The notes beneath the pieces were generated by a model. It was not told where the DNA came from. It ran no database searches and saw only the letters and a list, made by a program, of their open reading frames with translations. A DNA stretch of 63,299 nucleotides from positions 22,833 through 86,131 of the forward strand of contig DCTY01000003.1 of NCBI GenBank assembly GCA_002329335.1, in the 5' to 3' direction. Of this stretch, positions 36,902-46,938 are shown in pieces (the first letter of the stretch is position 1; the number at the start of each line of letters is the position of its first letter). Made by a program: the position numbers and the translations under genes. Origin of the DNA: Christensenella sp. UBA1428. Lineage in GTDB: Bacteria; Bacillota; Clostridia; Christensenellales; UBA1750.

Positions 36902-37338
36902 CAGGAAACCTGCACGTCAATGCTCAGCGTATTTTCCGTACTGGGGCCGTTTTCTACGCTGATCACATATCCCAGCCGGATTTTCCCGCCGCGGTCATCC
37001 ACCCGATACAGCACGCGGTTGGTAAAGACCGACACGGCCAGCGCGCCGTGCTGCGTCTGATACTGGGAAAGGAACTGCTTTCCCTTTTCAAAATGCATCG
37101 CCACTGCGCAGTCGCCCTCGCGGCACATATCCACACAACCATCCCGCAAAACCAGGCGCGTCAGGCTGTCCTGCATCCCGGAGGATTCATCCTCGTCATA
37201 GATCAGGGTCACACGGTTTTCCGACTCGTCCAGAATCATCCGTCCCTGGGTATGCAATTCCACCGTATCGCAGCGCATCTGTGCATCGCGCATAACCCCG
37301 CGCAGATGCAGCCGCACGCTGTAATGCTTATTGCCCAT
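36901..37338 (-). CDS. DUF1934 (YwiB-like) protein
   Basis: LIYDE, REG, MHFEKGK...YQTQHG. Confidence 0.8.
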   Translation of the reverse strand: MGNKHYSVRLHLRGVMRDAQMRCDTVELHTQGRMILDESENRVTLIYDEDESSGMQDSLTRLVLRDGCVDMCREGDCAVAMHFEKGKQFLSQYQTQHGALAVSVFTNRVLYRVDDRGGKIRLGYVISVENGPSTENTLSIDVQVS

Positions 37339-37343
37339 TGCGC

Positions 37344-37988
37344 TCAGCCCCGAAGCAGCGCCATCGCCGCGGCCGGATCCTGCGCCGCGAACAGATAACT
37401 GCCCGAAACCAGCACATTGGCACCCGCGCGGGTCAAAAGCGGGCCGGTCTGCCCGTTGACGCCGCCGTCAACCTCCAGCTCGATCTCCCGCCCGGAATCC
37501 TCGATCATCTTTCTTGCGCAGGCAACCTTGTCGATCGTCTGTTTGATGAGCTTTTGCCCGCCGTACCCCGGATTGACCGTCATAATCAGCATCAGGTCGA
37601 TATCCTCCAGCACCCAGCGAACCTGTTCCAGCGGCGTTGCCGGATTGAGCGCCACGCCCGCTTTGAGCCCCATCTCTTTGATCGCGCATACCGTGCGCTG
37701 CAAATGCCGGCATGCTTCCGCATGGACGGTAATGAGGTTTGCGCCGGCGCCGGCAAACTCCTGCAGATGCTTATCCGGCTCGACAATCATCAGATGCACG
37801 TCAAAGGGCAGCTCGGTCTGGCCGCGCAGCGCGCGGATAATATCCGAACCAAAGGAAATTTTCGGCACAAAGGAACCGTCCATCACATCCAGATGCAGAT
37901 AATCCGCGCCGGCCATTTCCATCCTTTTGGCGTCCGCGCCCATCGCTGCATAGTTGCTGGAAAGCATGGAAGGGGATAATTTAATCAT
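37344..37988 (-). CDS. rpe: Ribulose-phosphate 3-epimerase
   Basis: HLDVMDG.FVP, DVHLM, VNPGYGGQ, EVDGG. Confidence 0.97.
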   Translation of the reverse strand: MIKLSPSMLSSNYAAMGADAKRMEMAGADYLHLDVMDGSFVPKISFGSDIIRALRGQTELPFDVHLMIVEPDKHLQEFAGAGANLITVHAEACRHLQRTVCAIKEMGLKAGVALNPATPLEQVRWVLEDIDLMLIMTVNPGYGGQKLIKQTIDKVACARKMIEDSGREIELEVDGGVNGQTGPLLTRAGANVLVSGSYLFAAQDPAAAMALLRG

Positions 37989-38850
37989 AACGTCTGCTCC
38001 ATTTCTCTTTCAATTCGTCAAACAGCAGGCCGTAGCGTTCCAGCCGCTGCGGTGCAATCAAGCCTGCCCGCGCCGCCTCTTTTACGCCGCAAACCGGCTC
38101 GCCGATATGGTTGCAGGACAAAAAGCGGCAGTCTTTTTCATATGGGCGCATCTCCGGATAAAATTCCTTTAACCGCTGCGGGTCCATCGGCTGCGCGTCC
38201 AAAAGGCTGAAGCCGGGCGTATCGGCCACCCATGTGTCCCCGGAAAGCGCCAGCAGCTCCACATGCCGGGTCGTATGCCTTCCGCGCTCAATCCGACTGA
38301 CCGCTCCGGTTTCAAGATTCAATCCTGCAACGGCGTTGAGCAGGGACGATTTTCCAACTGCGGACTGGCCGGCATACGCGACGATTTTTCCCGCAAGGCG
38401 CGCCCTGAGCGCGTCCAATCCCTGTCCGGTATGCGCGCTGACGCAAAGCGCGTCGTAGCCGGATTTACGGTACTGATCCGCCAGCGCTTCCCCATCGCTC
38501 AAATCGCACTTATTCACCACAACCATCGCCGGAATCTGCGCCAAGCGCGCCGACAAAAGCAACTTGTCGATCAAAAGCAAGTCCGGCTGGGGTGAAGCGG
38601 CGGCAAAAACCGTCATCAAAAGGTCGATATTGGCCACGGCCGGCCGGATCAGCTGATTTTTGCGCGGCGCAATCTCGGTAATCGCACCAAAATCCTCCCC
38701 GCCCTGCGCGGGAAAAAACGTCACCCGATCGCCGATGACGGGTTTCTGGCTGTCCTTTCTGAACTTTCCGCGCGCCTTTACCAGATAGCGCTGTCCCTGA
38801 CAATATACCGTATACAGTCCGCCGACGCCCTTGATCAAAAGCCCGTTCAT
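37981..38850 (-). CDS. rsgA: Ribosome small subunit-dependent GTPase
   Basis: NKCD, GQSAVGKS, GRHTT, DTPG, CxxxxCxHxxxxxC Zn site. Confidence 0.96.
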   Translation of the reverse strand: MNGLLIKGVGGLYTVYCQGQRYLVKARGKFRKDSQKPVIGDRVTFFPAQGGEDFGAITEIAPRKNQLIRPAVANIDLLMTVFAAASPQPDLLLIDKLLLSARLAQIPAMVVVNKCDLSDGEALADQYRKSGYDALCVSAHTGQGLDALRARLAGKIVAYAGQSAVGKSSLLNAVAGLNLETGAVSRIERGRHTTRHVELLALSGDTWVADTPGFSLLDAQPMDPQRLKEFYPEMRPYEKDCRFLSCNHIGEPVCGVKEAARAGLIAPQRLERYGLLFDELKEKWSRRYD

Positions 38851-40739
38851 GCGCCCGCCTCATCAAAAGCAACGTCAATGGTGTTGAACTTGACTCCGCC
38901 GATGTAAATCACCAGCTGTGCCGGCTCGCCCGTACGCGACTCCAGGTTAAACGTATAGGATTTTGCCCCCTGCGCGCACTGTTCCCGCACAAGCTCCTGG
39001 GAAACGTCGCCATAGTTGTGATAAATCACAACCTCTGCCCCACCGCTTGGAATTTCCAGCACAAAGCTGACGGTTTTGGTATAGACATGATCCGGCTTTG
39101 CCGCAACGATCAGATCCACCGCAGTACCATAATCCACCTTTGCGCCTTCCTCAAGCGACTGTTCGACAACCGCACCCTCGACAATATCGTCGGCGATGAT
39201 CTGGGAAACGCTGCCCACCGTCAGATGGTTCTGTTCCAGCAGTTCCTTCGCAGCCTCCAGCTGCATCCCCAGCACCGACGGCATCTGCGCCTGCGGATCA
39301 GGAGAAACCAGCTTGATCGTGACGCGCTGGCCGTTTTTGACCGTTTCCTGCGGCGCGACCGACTGTTCAAAAATGCGGTCGGCATCCAGCGGCTCATCGC
39401 TTTGCTCATAGGACGCCTCGCCGATTTCAATACCCAGAGGATAAAGCGCCTGCTGCGCCTGCTCCAGGGTCATACCATACAGATTGGGCATCTGGCTCGT
39501 CTCCGGACCGCTGCTGGAGGAAAGCACGATCTGTATTTTCTGATCGTGGTTCTGAACCTGGTAGCTGATGATCGTATCGCGCGCAGCCGTATCGGAATAT
39601 GCGGGCGAGACCACCACGCCATAGCCCGTACTGGTCAAAGCCGCCAGCGCCTGCGAGGTTTCCATGCCGACCATATAGCTCAGCTCCCGCTCAAGCTGCG
39701 CCCTTGCGCTTTTGCGCGCCAGCGCCGAACCGCCTACTGCCAACACGACGATCAGCAGTATCGCGCCTGCTGCGCCCAAAACCCAGCGCAGCGGATGAGC
39801 AATGCGGGAAGAGTCGACTTTCTCCGTCGGCGCCAAGGACCTTCCGGATCCGGAAAGCTCCAGCGGCGGCTCCGGTTCCACCGGCTGGCTGTCGTCAAAA
39901 TCCACATAGGCACCGTCGGGATGCTCCACCACCATTGCCAGGTCTTCCTCCATCTCAATGGCGGAGGCATACCGCTGCTGTTTTTGCTTGCTCAGCGCCT
40001 TGCGCACGATTTTATCCAGCGCCGCCGGCAGCGTCGCGTCATAGTCGGTAATGGGCGCCGGCGCTTCCTGAATATGCTTTAGCGCAATGGTCACGGGCTG
40101 CTCCCCGTCAAAGGGCAGATGACCCGTCGCCATTTCATAGATCACAACGCCAAGAGAATAGATATCGCTTTGCTCGTCGGCCACTTCACCCCTGGCCTGC
40201 TCCGGGGAAAAATAATGCACCGACCCCAGCACGCCCGAATCATTGGCCGTCACCGTCGCCGCGTTGGTCGCCCTGGCAATGCCAAAATCCGCAACTTTCA
40301 CAATGCCGCGGCCGTCCACCATAATATTTTGGGACTTGATATCCCGATGGATAATATGTCCCCGATGCGCATGTTCAATCGCCCGGGCAATCTGCACCGC
40401 ATAATCCAGCGTATGGCGCAGATCCAGCGCGCCGTTTTGACGGATCATATCCTTGATGGTCATGCCGTCGACATATTCCATCACGATAAATTTGCACCCG
40501 TGCTCCTCGCCCACGCCGATAACCTTGATGATATTGGGGTGGAGCATCGACTGGGCCGCCATCGCCTCACGCTGAAAACGCCGGACAAACTCGGTGTCGG
40601 AATTAAACTCAGGCTTTAGAATCTTGATGGCAACATTGGAGCCGTCCTTTAAATCCACCGCGCGGTAAACCCGCGCCATGCCGCCGGTGCCGATCAGCTC
40701 CTCCACACGGTAGCGCCTGGCAAACACATAGCCAATCAT
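38847..40739 (-). CDS. prkC: Ser/Thr kinase with PASTA domains
   Basis: GTGGMA, HRDIKSQN, DFG, YFSPEQ, TM, PASTA repeats. Confidence 0.94.
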   Translation of the reverse strand: MIGYVFARRYRVEELIGTGGMARVYRAVDLKDGSNVAIKILKPEFNSDTEFVRRFQREAMAAQSMLHPNIIKVIGVGEEHGCKFIVMEYVDGMTIKDMIRQNGALDLRHTLDYAVQIARAIEHAHRGHIIHRDIKSQNIMVDGRGIVKVADFGIARATNAATVTANDSGVLGSVHYFSPEQARGEVADEQSDIYSLGVVIYEMATGHLPFDGEQPVTIALKHIQEAPAPITDYDATLPAALDKIVRKALSKQKQQRYASAIEMEEDLAMVVEHPDGAYVDFDDSQPVEPEPPLELSGSGRSLAPTEKVDSSRIAHPLRWVLGAAGAILLIVVLAVGGSALARKSARAQLERELSYMVGMETSQALAALTSTGYGVVVSPAYSDTAARDTIISYQVQNHDQKIQIVLSSSSGPETSQMPNLYGMTLEQAQQALYPLGIEIGEASYEQSDEPLDADRIFEQSVAPQETVKNGQRVTIKLVSPDPQAQMPSVLGMQLEAAKELLEQNHLTVGSVSQIIADDIVEGAVVEQSLEEGAKVDYGTAVDLIVAAKPDHVYTKTVSFVLEIPSGGAEVVIYHNYGDVSQELVREQCAQGAKSYTFNLESRTGEPAQLVIYIGGVKFNTIDVAFDEAGA

Positions 40740-41473
40740 GCGCTCTCCCCTTCCTGAGCTTTGAGCAGCACAACGCTGATATTATCGCTTCCGCCGCCCT
40801 CAATCGCCATGTCGATCAGCCGGTCGGCCTTTGCTGCAAGCGTGCCTTCTGACAGCAGCACCTGGCGCATCTGCTCGTCCCCGACGTGGTTGGTCAGCCC
40901 GTCGGAACACAGCAGGAACATATCCTGCGCCCGAATCTGCACCGTTTCAATATCGGCGCGCACGCTGGACTCCGAGCCCAGCGCGCGGATGATGATGTTG
41001 CGCTGCGGATGCGTGCGTGCCTCCTGCGCCGTCAGCTGCCCCATGCGCACCAGCTCAGCCACATAGGAATGATCCTGCGTCAGCTGAACAAAAACGCCCT
41101 TGCGCAGCATATAAGCGCGACTGTCGCCCACATGAGCAATGGTCAGTATGCCGCCGCGCAAAAACGCGCAGGTCAGCGTTGTGCCCATGCCGTAAAGGCC
41201 CGGCTCCCGGCTGGCCTGCTGATAAATGTTACGGTTGGTCTCCCCCACCGCGCGGCGCAGCAAAAGCCCGTCGTCGCGCATTTGCGGGGCATATTCCCCA
41301 ACGAGGTTGGAAAGCCCGTCTATCGCCATTTTGCTGGCCGTTTCGCCGCCCTGATGGCCGCCCATGCCATCGGCCACCGCATAAAGCTCATACGCGGCCT
41401 CCCTTGCGGCATAAACGCTGTCCTCATTGTGCGTGCGCACCTTGCCCACGTCTGTTTTGGCGGTATAAAGCAC
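40736..41473 (-). CDS. prpC: PP2C-family Ser/Thr phosphatase (Stp1/PrpC)
   Basis: RTHNED, VADGMGG, VGDSR, CSDGL, DNIS. Confidence 0.93.
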   Translation of the reverse strand: MLYTAKTDVGKVRTHNEDSVYAAREAAYELYAVADGMGGHQGGETASKMAIDGLSNLVGEYAPQMRDDGLLLRRAVGETNRNIYQQASREPGLYGMGTTLTCAFLRGGILTIAHVGDSRAYMLRKGVFVQLTQDHSYVAELVRMGQLTAQEARTHPQRNIIIRALGSESSVRADIETVQIRAQDMFLLCSDGLTNHVGDEQMRQVLLSEGTLAAKADRLIDMAIEGGGSDNISVVLLKAQEGESA

Positions 41474-41500
41474 GATTCAACCTCCCCGGGTTCAAATTCA

Positions 41501-41872
41501 TCAGTCCAAAACGTCCGCCGAAGCGATCACATCCGCGCCGGTATGGCAGACGTCTTGAATCAGCACGTCATACTGACGCGCGCTGCGGGGCGCGCAGGCG
41601 CCCGCAATGGCTTTAAGCACGCCTGCAATCGCCCCCTTGGGCACCGGCTGGCTGAGCCGGACGGGCAGTGGCCGACGCTGGCCATCCACACGCATCATGC
41701 TTGTGACCATCCGCACCGGGTTGGTATATTCGCTCACGCCGTAGGCCTGCCCCCGTTTGCAGGTATTGCCTGTAACCATAATTTTACCACTTTCTTCATA
41801 AACCTGCAAGGTGCATCCCATCGGGCAGGAGATGCAGATCATCTCTTTGACATTTTCCATGGATCCGCTCAT
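41501..41872 (-). CDS. DUF1667 Cys-containing small subunit
   Basis: CISCPMGC, GNTCKRG, P.RMVTS. Confidence 0.85.
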   Translation of the reverse strand: MSGSMENVKEMICISCPMGCTLQVYEESGKIMVTGNTCKRGQAYGVSEYTNPVRMVTSMMRVDGQRRPLPVRLSQPVPKGAIAGVLKAIAGACAPRSARQYDVLIQDVCHTGADVIASADVLD

Positions 41873-43116
41873 GCTCCTTTCACGTCCAAAGTCAGATCGC
41901 CCGTGATTTTCTCGGCGTCCACCTCAATTTTTTCCATTTCGCCCGGCGTCATAATCGCCTTTTTTCGCTGGGCAATCACCGCTCCGGCGCATTTGACCGT
42001 CAGCTGCGCGCCGTGCACCGCTGCGCAAACCCGGAAATATATGGTCTGTTTGCCTGTCCCGCCGCTGTGAATCTGCTGAGGAACGGCATAGCGCACCAAA
42101 GAACCGGGCAGTACGCAGACCGTCTTTTCATTTTTCGCACCCGCGCCGCCGACATATGCAGCAGCCGCCGCGCCGGCAATCTGCGCCTCCTGGCTGACAT
42201 TATCCACCAGATCATGCACATGCAGCACATTACCGCAGGCAAAAATCCCTGGCACCGAACATTGACGCGTTTCATCCACCTGCGCGCCGCCGGTAACCGG
42301 ATCCATCCGGATGCCCGCGCCCAGAGTCAATTCGTTTTCCGGAATCAGTCCCACGGATAAAAGCAGCGTATCGCACGGTACAAAGCGCGCCGTGTGCGCC
42401 AAAACCTGCCGGTGCTCGTCCACCTGCGCAACCGTCACGCCCTCGACCCGTTCCCGGCCGTGAATCCGGGTAACCGTGGTATTGAAATACAGCGGGATGT
42501 CGTTATCCTTCAGGCACTGAACAATATTGCGGTTCAGACCGGAGGAATACGGCATCAGCTCGCATACCATTTCCACCTTCGCCCCTTCCCAGGTCATACG
42601 GCGCGCCATGATCAGCCCGATATCGCCGGAACCCAAAATCACCACACGGGAACCGGGCATATAGCCTTCCATATTGACCAGCCGCTGCGCACAGCCGGCG
42701 GTGTAAACGCCTGCCGGACGCGTACCCGGAATATTGAGCGCGCCGCGGGTGCGTTCGCGGCAGCCCATGGCCAGAATAACTGCGCCGGAGCGCACCTGCA
42801 CCATGCCGTTTTGAGCGCTGCACGCCGTGACCGTACGATCCGGTGAAACGGACAGCACCATGGTATCGGTCATAAGTTCGATATCGGTTTTTTTCACCTC
42901 GGCGATAAAGCGTCCGGCATATTCCGGGCCGGTCAGCTCCTGGCCGAAATAGTGAAGACCAAAGCCGTTATGGATGCACTGCTGTAAAATACCGCCCAGA
43001 TGCCGGTCGCGTTCCAGGATCAAAACGCGCTTTGCGCCGTGCTGCTTTGCCGCAAGCGCCGCCGCAAGACCGGCAGGGCCGCCGCCGATGACGGTAATAT
43101 CCGCCTGAAGATTCAT
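41869..43116 (-). CDS. NAD(P)/FAD-dependent oxidoreductase
   Basis: GGGPAG, GGILQQCIHNGFG, GSGDIGL, GNVLHVHDLVD. Confidence 0.9.
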   Translation of the reverse strand: MNLQADITVIGGGPAGLAAALAAKQHGAKRVLILERDRHLGGILQQCIHNGFGLHYFGQELTGPEYAGRFIAEVKKTDIELMTDTMVLSVSPDRTVTACSAQNGMVQVRSGAVILAMGCRERTRGALNIPGTRPAGVYTAGCAQRLVNMEGYMPGSRVVILGSGDIGLIMARRMTWEGAKVEMVCELMPYSSGLNRNIVQCLKDNDIPLYFNTTVTRIHGRERVEGVTVAQVDEHRQVLAHTARFVPCDTLLLSVGLIPENELTLGAGIRMDPVTGGAQVDETRQCSVPGIFACGNVLHVHDLVDNVSQEAQIAGAAAAAYVGGAGAKNEKTVCVLPGSLVRYAVPQQIHSGGTGKQTIYFRVCAAVHGAQLTVKCAGAVIAQRKKAIMTPGEMEKIEVDAEKITGDLTLDVKGA

Positions 43117-44549
43117 TTGAGTTCCTCCTTGATCCCGCCGGCCAGCAGCCTGGAGCCGCCGCCGAATTTGGTCAGTTCCGTCATGGGGATGCCCGTTTCG
43201 CGGCTGATGATTTCCATTACGCGCGGCGCACAAAAGCCGCCCTGGCACCGGCCCATCCCGGCCCGGCAGCGGCGCTTGACGCCGTCGAGCGTGCGTGCGC
43301 CGCGAGCAATGGCCTGCACGATTTCCGCCTCGGTAATCGTTTCGCACCGGCAGATCACCCGGCCATAGCGCGGATCCTGAGCGATCGCCGCTTCCCGCTG
43401 CGCGGGCGTCATCCGGGCAAAACGCGCGATATGGGCGCGCGTAGGATTATAATCGTCCTTTTCAACCAGCTCAAGCCCTGCCTGGCGGCAAAGCGCCGGC
43501 AGATTTTCTGCAATTGCCGGAGCGCTGGTCAGCCCCGGAGAGCAGATGCCCGCGCATTGGATCAGGCGCGGCTGAAGCTTTGAAACGCCGATGATAAAAT
43601 CATGCGGATGCGGCGTTGCGCGGATGCCGGTAAAAGCGGTAATAACGCGGTTCAGCGGAATATCCGGCACCGATTTTCGTGCAAAACGCTGAATTTCCGC
43701 CATCCCCTGCGCGGTTGTGCTCGTATCGGTTTTATCGTCCGTATCCCGCGCGGTCGGCCCGGCAAAAAGGTTGCCGTCCACCGTCGGACTGACCAGGATG
43801 CCCTTGCCCATTTTGGAGGGCGTTTGGAAAATCACCGTATGAACAACCTGCCCCGCAGTCTTATCCATCAGCATATATTCACCCTGACGGGGCGTGATCG
43901 TAAACGGTTCGCCGCCGGCCATCCCGGAAATCTCGTCGGCATACAGCCCCGCAGCGTTCACAAGATACCGCGCGGCGATGCTTTGTCCCTTTGCGCTTTT
44001 GAGGGTAAATGTCTCGCCGGAATCGATCTGAACCACTTTAAAATCGGTTAAAATCGTCACGCCGTTTGCCGCTGCGTTTTCCGCGCATGCCTGCGTCATC
44101 TCGTAAGGGCAGGTAATGCCGCCGGTTTTGGCCCACAGCACGCTTCGCACCTGCGGGTTCAGGTTCGGCTCCATCTCCAGGGCCTGGCTGCCGGGAATAA
44201 TCGACAGCTCCGGCACGCCGTTTTGACGCCCGTAATCCAGCAGTTTTTCCAGCTGCTTTTCGTCCTGCTCGTCAAACGCCAGCACAAACGACCCGCAGCG
44301 CACCAGCGGCACATCCAGCTGACTGCACCACTGGTCGTAAAGCGCATTGCCCGCAACATTAAACCGGGCCATCAGCGTCCCCGGCTCACAATCGTACCCC
44401 GCATGGACAATCGCGCTGTTGGCGCGTGAAGCGCCCATTGCAATGTCCGCAGCCGCCTCCACCAAAGCGACGGAAAGCCGGTAGCGCGACAGCACACGCG
44501 CGCAGGCGCTGCCCACAACGCCCGCGCCGATAATCGCTACATCATACAT
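43113..44549 (-). CDS. FAD-dependent oxidoreductase (GlpA/LhgO-like) with C-terminal BFD-like [2Fe-2S] domain
   Basis: GAGVVG, ANSAIVHAG, SPGLTSAPA, CRCE...GRCQGGFC. Confidence 0.9.
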   Translation of the reverse strand: MYDVAIIGAGVVGSACARVLSRYRLSVALVEAAADIAMGASRANSAIVHAGYDCEPGTLMARFNVAGNALYDQWCSQLDVPLVRCGSFVLAFDEQDEKQLEKLLDYGRQNGVPELSIIPGSQALEMEPNLNPQVRSVLWAKTGGITCPYEMTQACAENAAANGVTILTDFKVVQIDSGETFTLKSAKGQSIAARYLVNAAGLYADEISGMAGGEPFTITPRQGEYMLMDKTAGQVVHTVIFQTPSKMGKGILVSPTVDGNLFAGPTARDTDDKTDTSTTAQGMAEIQRFARKSVPDIPLNRVITAFTGIRATPHPHDFIIGVSKLQPRLIQCAGICSPGLTSAPAIAENLPALCRQAGLELVEKDDYNPTRAHIARFARMTPAQREAAIAQDPRYGRVICRCETITEAEIVQAIARGARTLDGVKRRCRAGMGRCQGGFCAPRVMEIISRETGIPMTELTKFGGGSRLLAGGIKEELK

Positions 44550-44553
44550 GGTT

Positions 44554-44811
44554 TCATCCCCTATCCCCATATTTTGCTCCTGAATCGTTCTGCTTTGAGC
44601 CCCCATGCCGGCAGACGCCCAGCAGGGCAAGCGCAGCGTTTAACGCCAAAAGAATCATTGCCGCTGTGCCAAAAAGTTTCATCGCCGCAATCAGCCTGTC
44701 GGAAAATACGCCGGAAAGCCCCAAAACGCTGCAGATCACGACGATCAGCATCAGGGCTGCGGCTGCAAGCGCAATAAAAACGCGCGGCCGATACGGATTT
44801 TTTGCGTTCAT
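44554..44811 (-). CDS. Small 2-TM membrane protein, unknown function
   Basis: Two clear hydrophobic helices; fills the gap between the leader and the oxidoreductase. Confidence 0.6.
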   Translation of the reverse strand: MNAKNPYRPRVFIALAAAALMLIVVICSVLGLSGVFSDRLIAAMKLFGTAAMILLALNAALALLGVCRHGGSKQNDSGAKYGDRG

Positions 44812-44829
44812 GGTACCATCCATCCTGTT

Positions 44830-44896
44830 AAAAAACAGAGCCGCAAACAAGCCTGCCGTTTATCGGGCAGACCTGTCTGCGGCTCTCTCAATCTCT
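44830..44896 (-). promoter_or_regulatory. GlpP-type antitermination leader (terminator hairpin)
   Basis: 21-bp stem AGAGCCGCAGACAGGTCTGCC/GGCAGGCTTGTTTGCGGCTCT plus T6, preceded by GAGATTGAGAGA; directly downstream of glpP. Confidence 0.75.
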
Positions 44897-44983
44897 TGCC
44901 AAGATTATCAAAGCACAAAATGATTCATTTGTCAAGAAAAAACGCGCTCTTGCCGTCCAATAAGCGCAGTCGGGCGGCGCGGG

Positions 44984-45550
44984 TTACGCTTGTGGATCAA
45001 CAAGACGCCAAAGCGCCTGGCTGCTGGTAGAAACGGCGACAGCGCCGGCCGTTAACGCGACGCGCACCTGCTCCGGCTGGGTAATCATTCCACCGGCAAT
45101 CACCGGCTGGCGCAGCGTCGCACGCAGATGTGCAATCGCCAGCGGAACCAGGCCGGGCATCACCTCCACATAATCCGGGCTTGACGCCTGTACCAGACGC
45201 GCGCCGGTCTCCAGCGAAGAAGAATCCACCAGAAAAATCCGCTGCACGGTGGTAAGCCCTTCTTCCTGCGCAACGCGCAAAAGCGCCGCCTTGGTGGAAA
45301 TCACGCCGTCGGGCGCAATGCAGCGCGCCACATAGCGTACGCCGGCAGCATCGCGCGCAATGCCGTCGACCAAATCGATGTGCATAAACGCCTGCTTGCC
45401 GCAGGCGCGGATGCGGCGAATTTCCTGACCAACCGACAGGATATCGCCGCCAAGCAAAAAAACCGTATCCACGCCGCTTTGACAGGCGCGCAGAACCGCG
45501 CCGCTGTCCTTGGCCGCCGCAATAATCCGGCCGCGCGCAAACGTTTCCAT
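44984..45550 (-). CDS. glpP: Glycerol-3-phosphate-responsive antiterminator
   Basis: HIDLVDG, DGVISTK, QRIFLVDS, EVMPG, IAGGMI, AVSTS. Confidence 0.93.
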   Translation of the reverse strand: METFARGRIIAAAKDSGAVLRACQSGVDTVFLLGGDILSVGQEIRRIRACGKQAFMHIDLVDGIARDAAGVRYVARCIAPDGVISTKAALLRVAQEEGLTTVQRIFLVDSSSLETGARLVQASSPDYVEVMPGLVPLAIAHLRATLRQPVIAGGMITQPEQVRVALTAGAVAVSTSSQALWRLVDPQA

Positions 45551-45606
45551 AGCAGCCCTCCCGTCCGTTGTTTTTTCTTAAATTATACTGCACAGGAGGG
45601 CAAAGG

Positions 45607-46899
45607 TCAAATCGTCAGGGTGCTGTCAGGGTTTTGCACCTGTTTTAAAGCCGTCAGCACGGAGGCGTCCATGGCGTCCAGATAGACATAATACGTTTCC
45701 CCGTCCCGCTGTCCGGTCAGTTCGTAGCAAAAATACTCCTTTTCGTTAAGCGGGATCACGCAAAGCCGCAGGCTGCTGACCGTCAGCTCCGGAACCGCCT
45801 CAAGCGCCTGCGCCGTTTCAATTTGCGCCGCACCCAGCGCGCGCTGGCGATGGTTGTTCAGATAGGCCGACGCATCATAGCCGATCACCCGGCCATCCTC
45901 AAGCGAAATCTGCGCCTTGATCATGTCCGGATAGCACAGCACGCCGTCCTGGCTCTGAGCCAGACAAACGGTCAGCACCGCGCCGTTTTTTTCAGTGCCG
46001 GTAACGGTCATATCCTCAAACCCGGCGTATTTGAGAAAGTTCTGCGCCGCCAGCTGCGCCTGCTGGTCGCTGATGGTCTGCGTCTGCGGCTTTTGCTCGC
46101 TGAGCATCCAAAGCACATGGCCGCCCGCCTGGGTAACCGATACGTGCAGAACATCGCCGGTATCCACGGTAACATCCACGCCCCAGGCCGGCGTCTGCCC
46201 GGCGTTGTCGCTGCCGTGCGCCGCATCCACCACGCGCGCCGCGCCGACAAAATCCACAGCGATCTGCTGTGCCTGTTCATAGGAAACCGGCTCTCCGGAG
46301 ACGGGATTGTGCGCCGTTTCGGCGTCGGCAAACGGCCCGTCATACTGAAGAGTCGGATAGTCCACGCCCTGGGCCGCCAGCCCATCCATCGGAAGGCCGC
46401 CAAGCGCGTCCAGGGATGTGCTCCAATACTGTGCGTCCAGCGCAGCGCCGCTTTGCAGCGCCGACAAATTGTCGCATAATTCGCCGCAGACGTCGCCAAG
46501 GGCGGCAAGATCCGTGCGGTTTTGCTCGGTAATTGTCTCCTGGCGGGCAATGGCCATGCAGTAAGCGCCAAGCTGATTGGCGTAACGCATCAGCACCGTG
46601 GCATATTCCGGCGAAATGGGCAGCGTCGTCAGATTCAGCGACACCGCATAGCTTTGCCGCCACACATCCGCCGCCAGCTCCGAGGAAGCGCCGCCGTTTG
46701 GCAGAAGCCTCAGCTTATCCAGCTTTACCTGGATATCTTCAAGACCGGTGTACAGATCATAATAGGCCCGGTCATACAGCGCGGCAAGCGTACGCTCCGT
46801 GCGCTGATTGCCCGCGGCCTGCGCGCAGGCGGTGATTACCGCCAAAACTGCAACTGCGCACGCAATCGCCGTTAGGGTCGATCCTTTTCGAAGTTTCAT
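45607..46899 (-). CDS. ypeB: Germination protein YpeB (PepSY)
   Basis: N-terminal anchor, YPTLQYDGPFAD, YPDMIK..SLEDG, CYE; downstream of sleB. Confidence 0.88.
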   Translation of the reverse strand: MKLRKGSTLTAIACAVAVLAVITACAQAAGNQRTERTLAALYDRAYYDLYTGLEDIQVKLDKLRLLPNGGASSELAADVWRQSYAVSLNLTTLPISPEYATVLMRYANQLGAYCMAIARQETITEQNRTDLAALGDVCGELCDNLSALQSGAALDAQYWSTSLDALGGLPMDGLAAQGVDYPTLQYDGPFADAETAHNPVSGEPVSYEQAQQIAVDFVGAARVVDAAHGSDNAGQTPAWGVDVTVDTGDVLHVSVTQAGGHVLWMLSEQKPQTQTISDQQAQLAAQNFLKYAGFEDMTVTGTEKNGAVLTVCLAQSQDGVLCYPDMIKAQISLEDGRVIGYDASAYLNNHRQRALGAAQIETAQALEAVPELTVSSLRLCVIPLNEKEYFCYELTGQRDGETYYVYLDAMDASVLTALKQVQNPDSTLTI

Positions 46900-46938
46900 T
46901 TTACATTCTCCTGTTTCAAAATAACGGGGCGCAGCCCA

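Noticed and set aside
44904-44935. TTGACA...GATAAT promoter for the glp leader
   Set aside because: Spacer is 20 bp, too long for a confident sigma-A call
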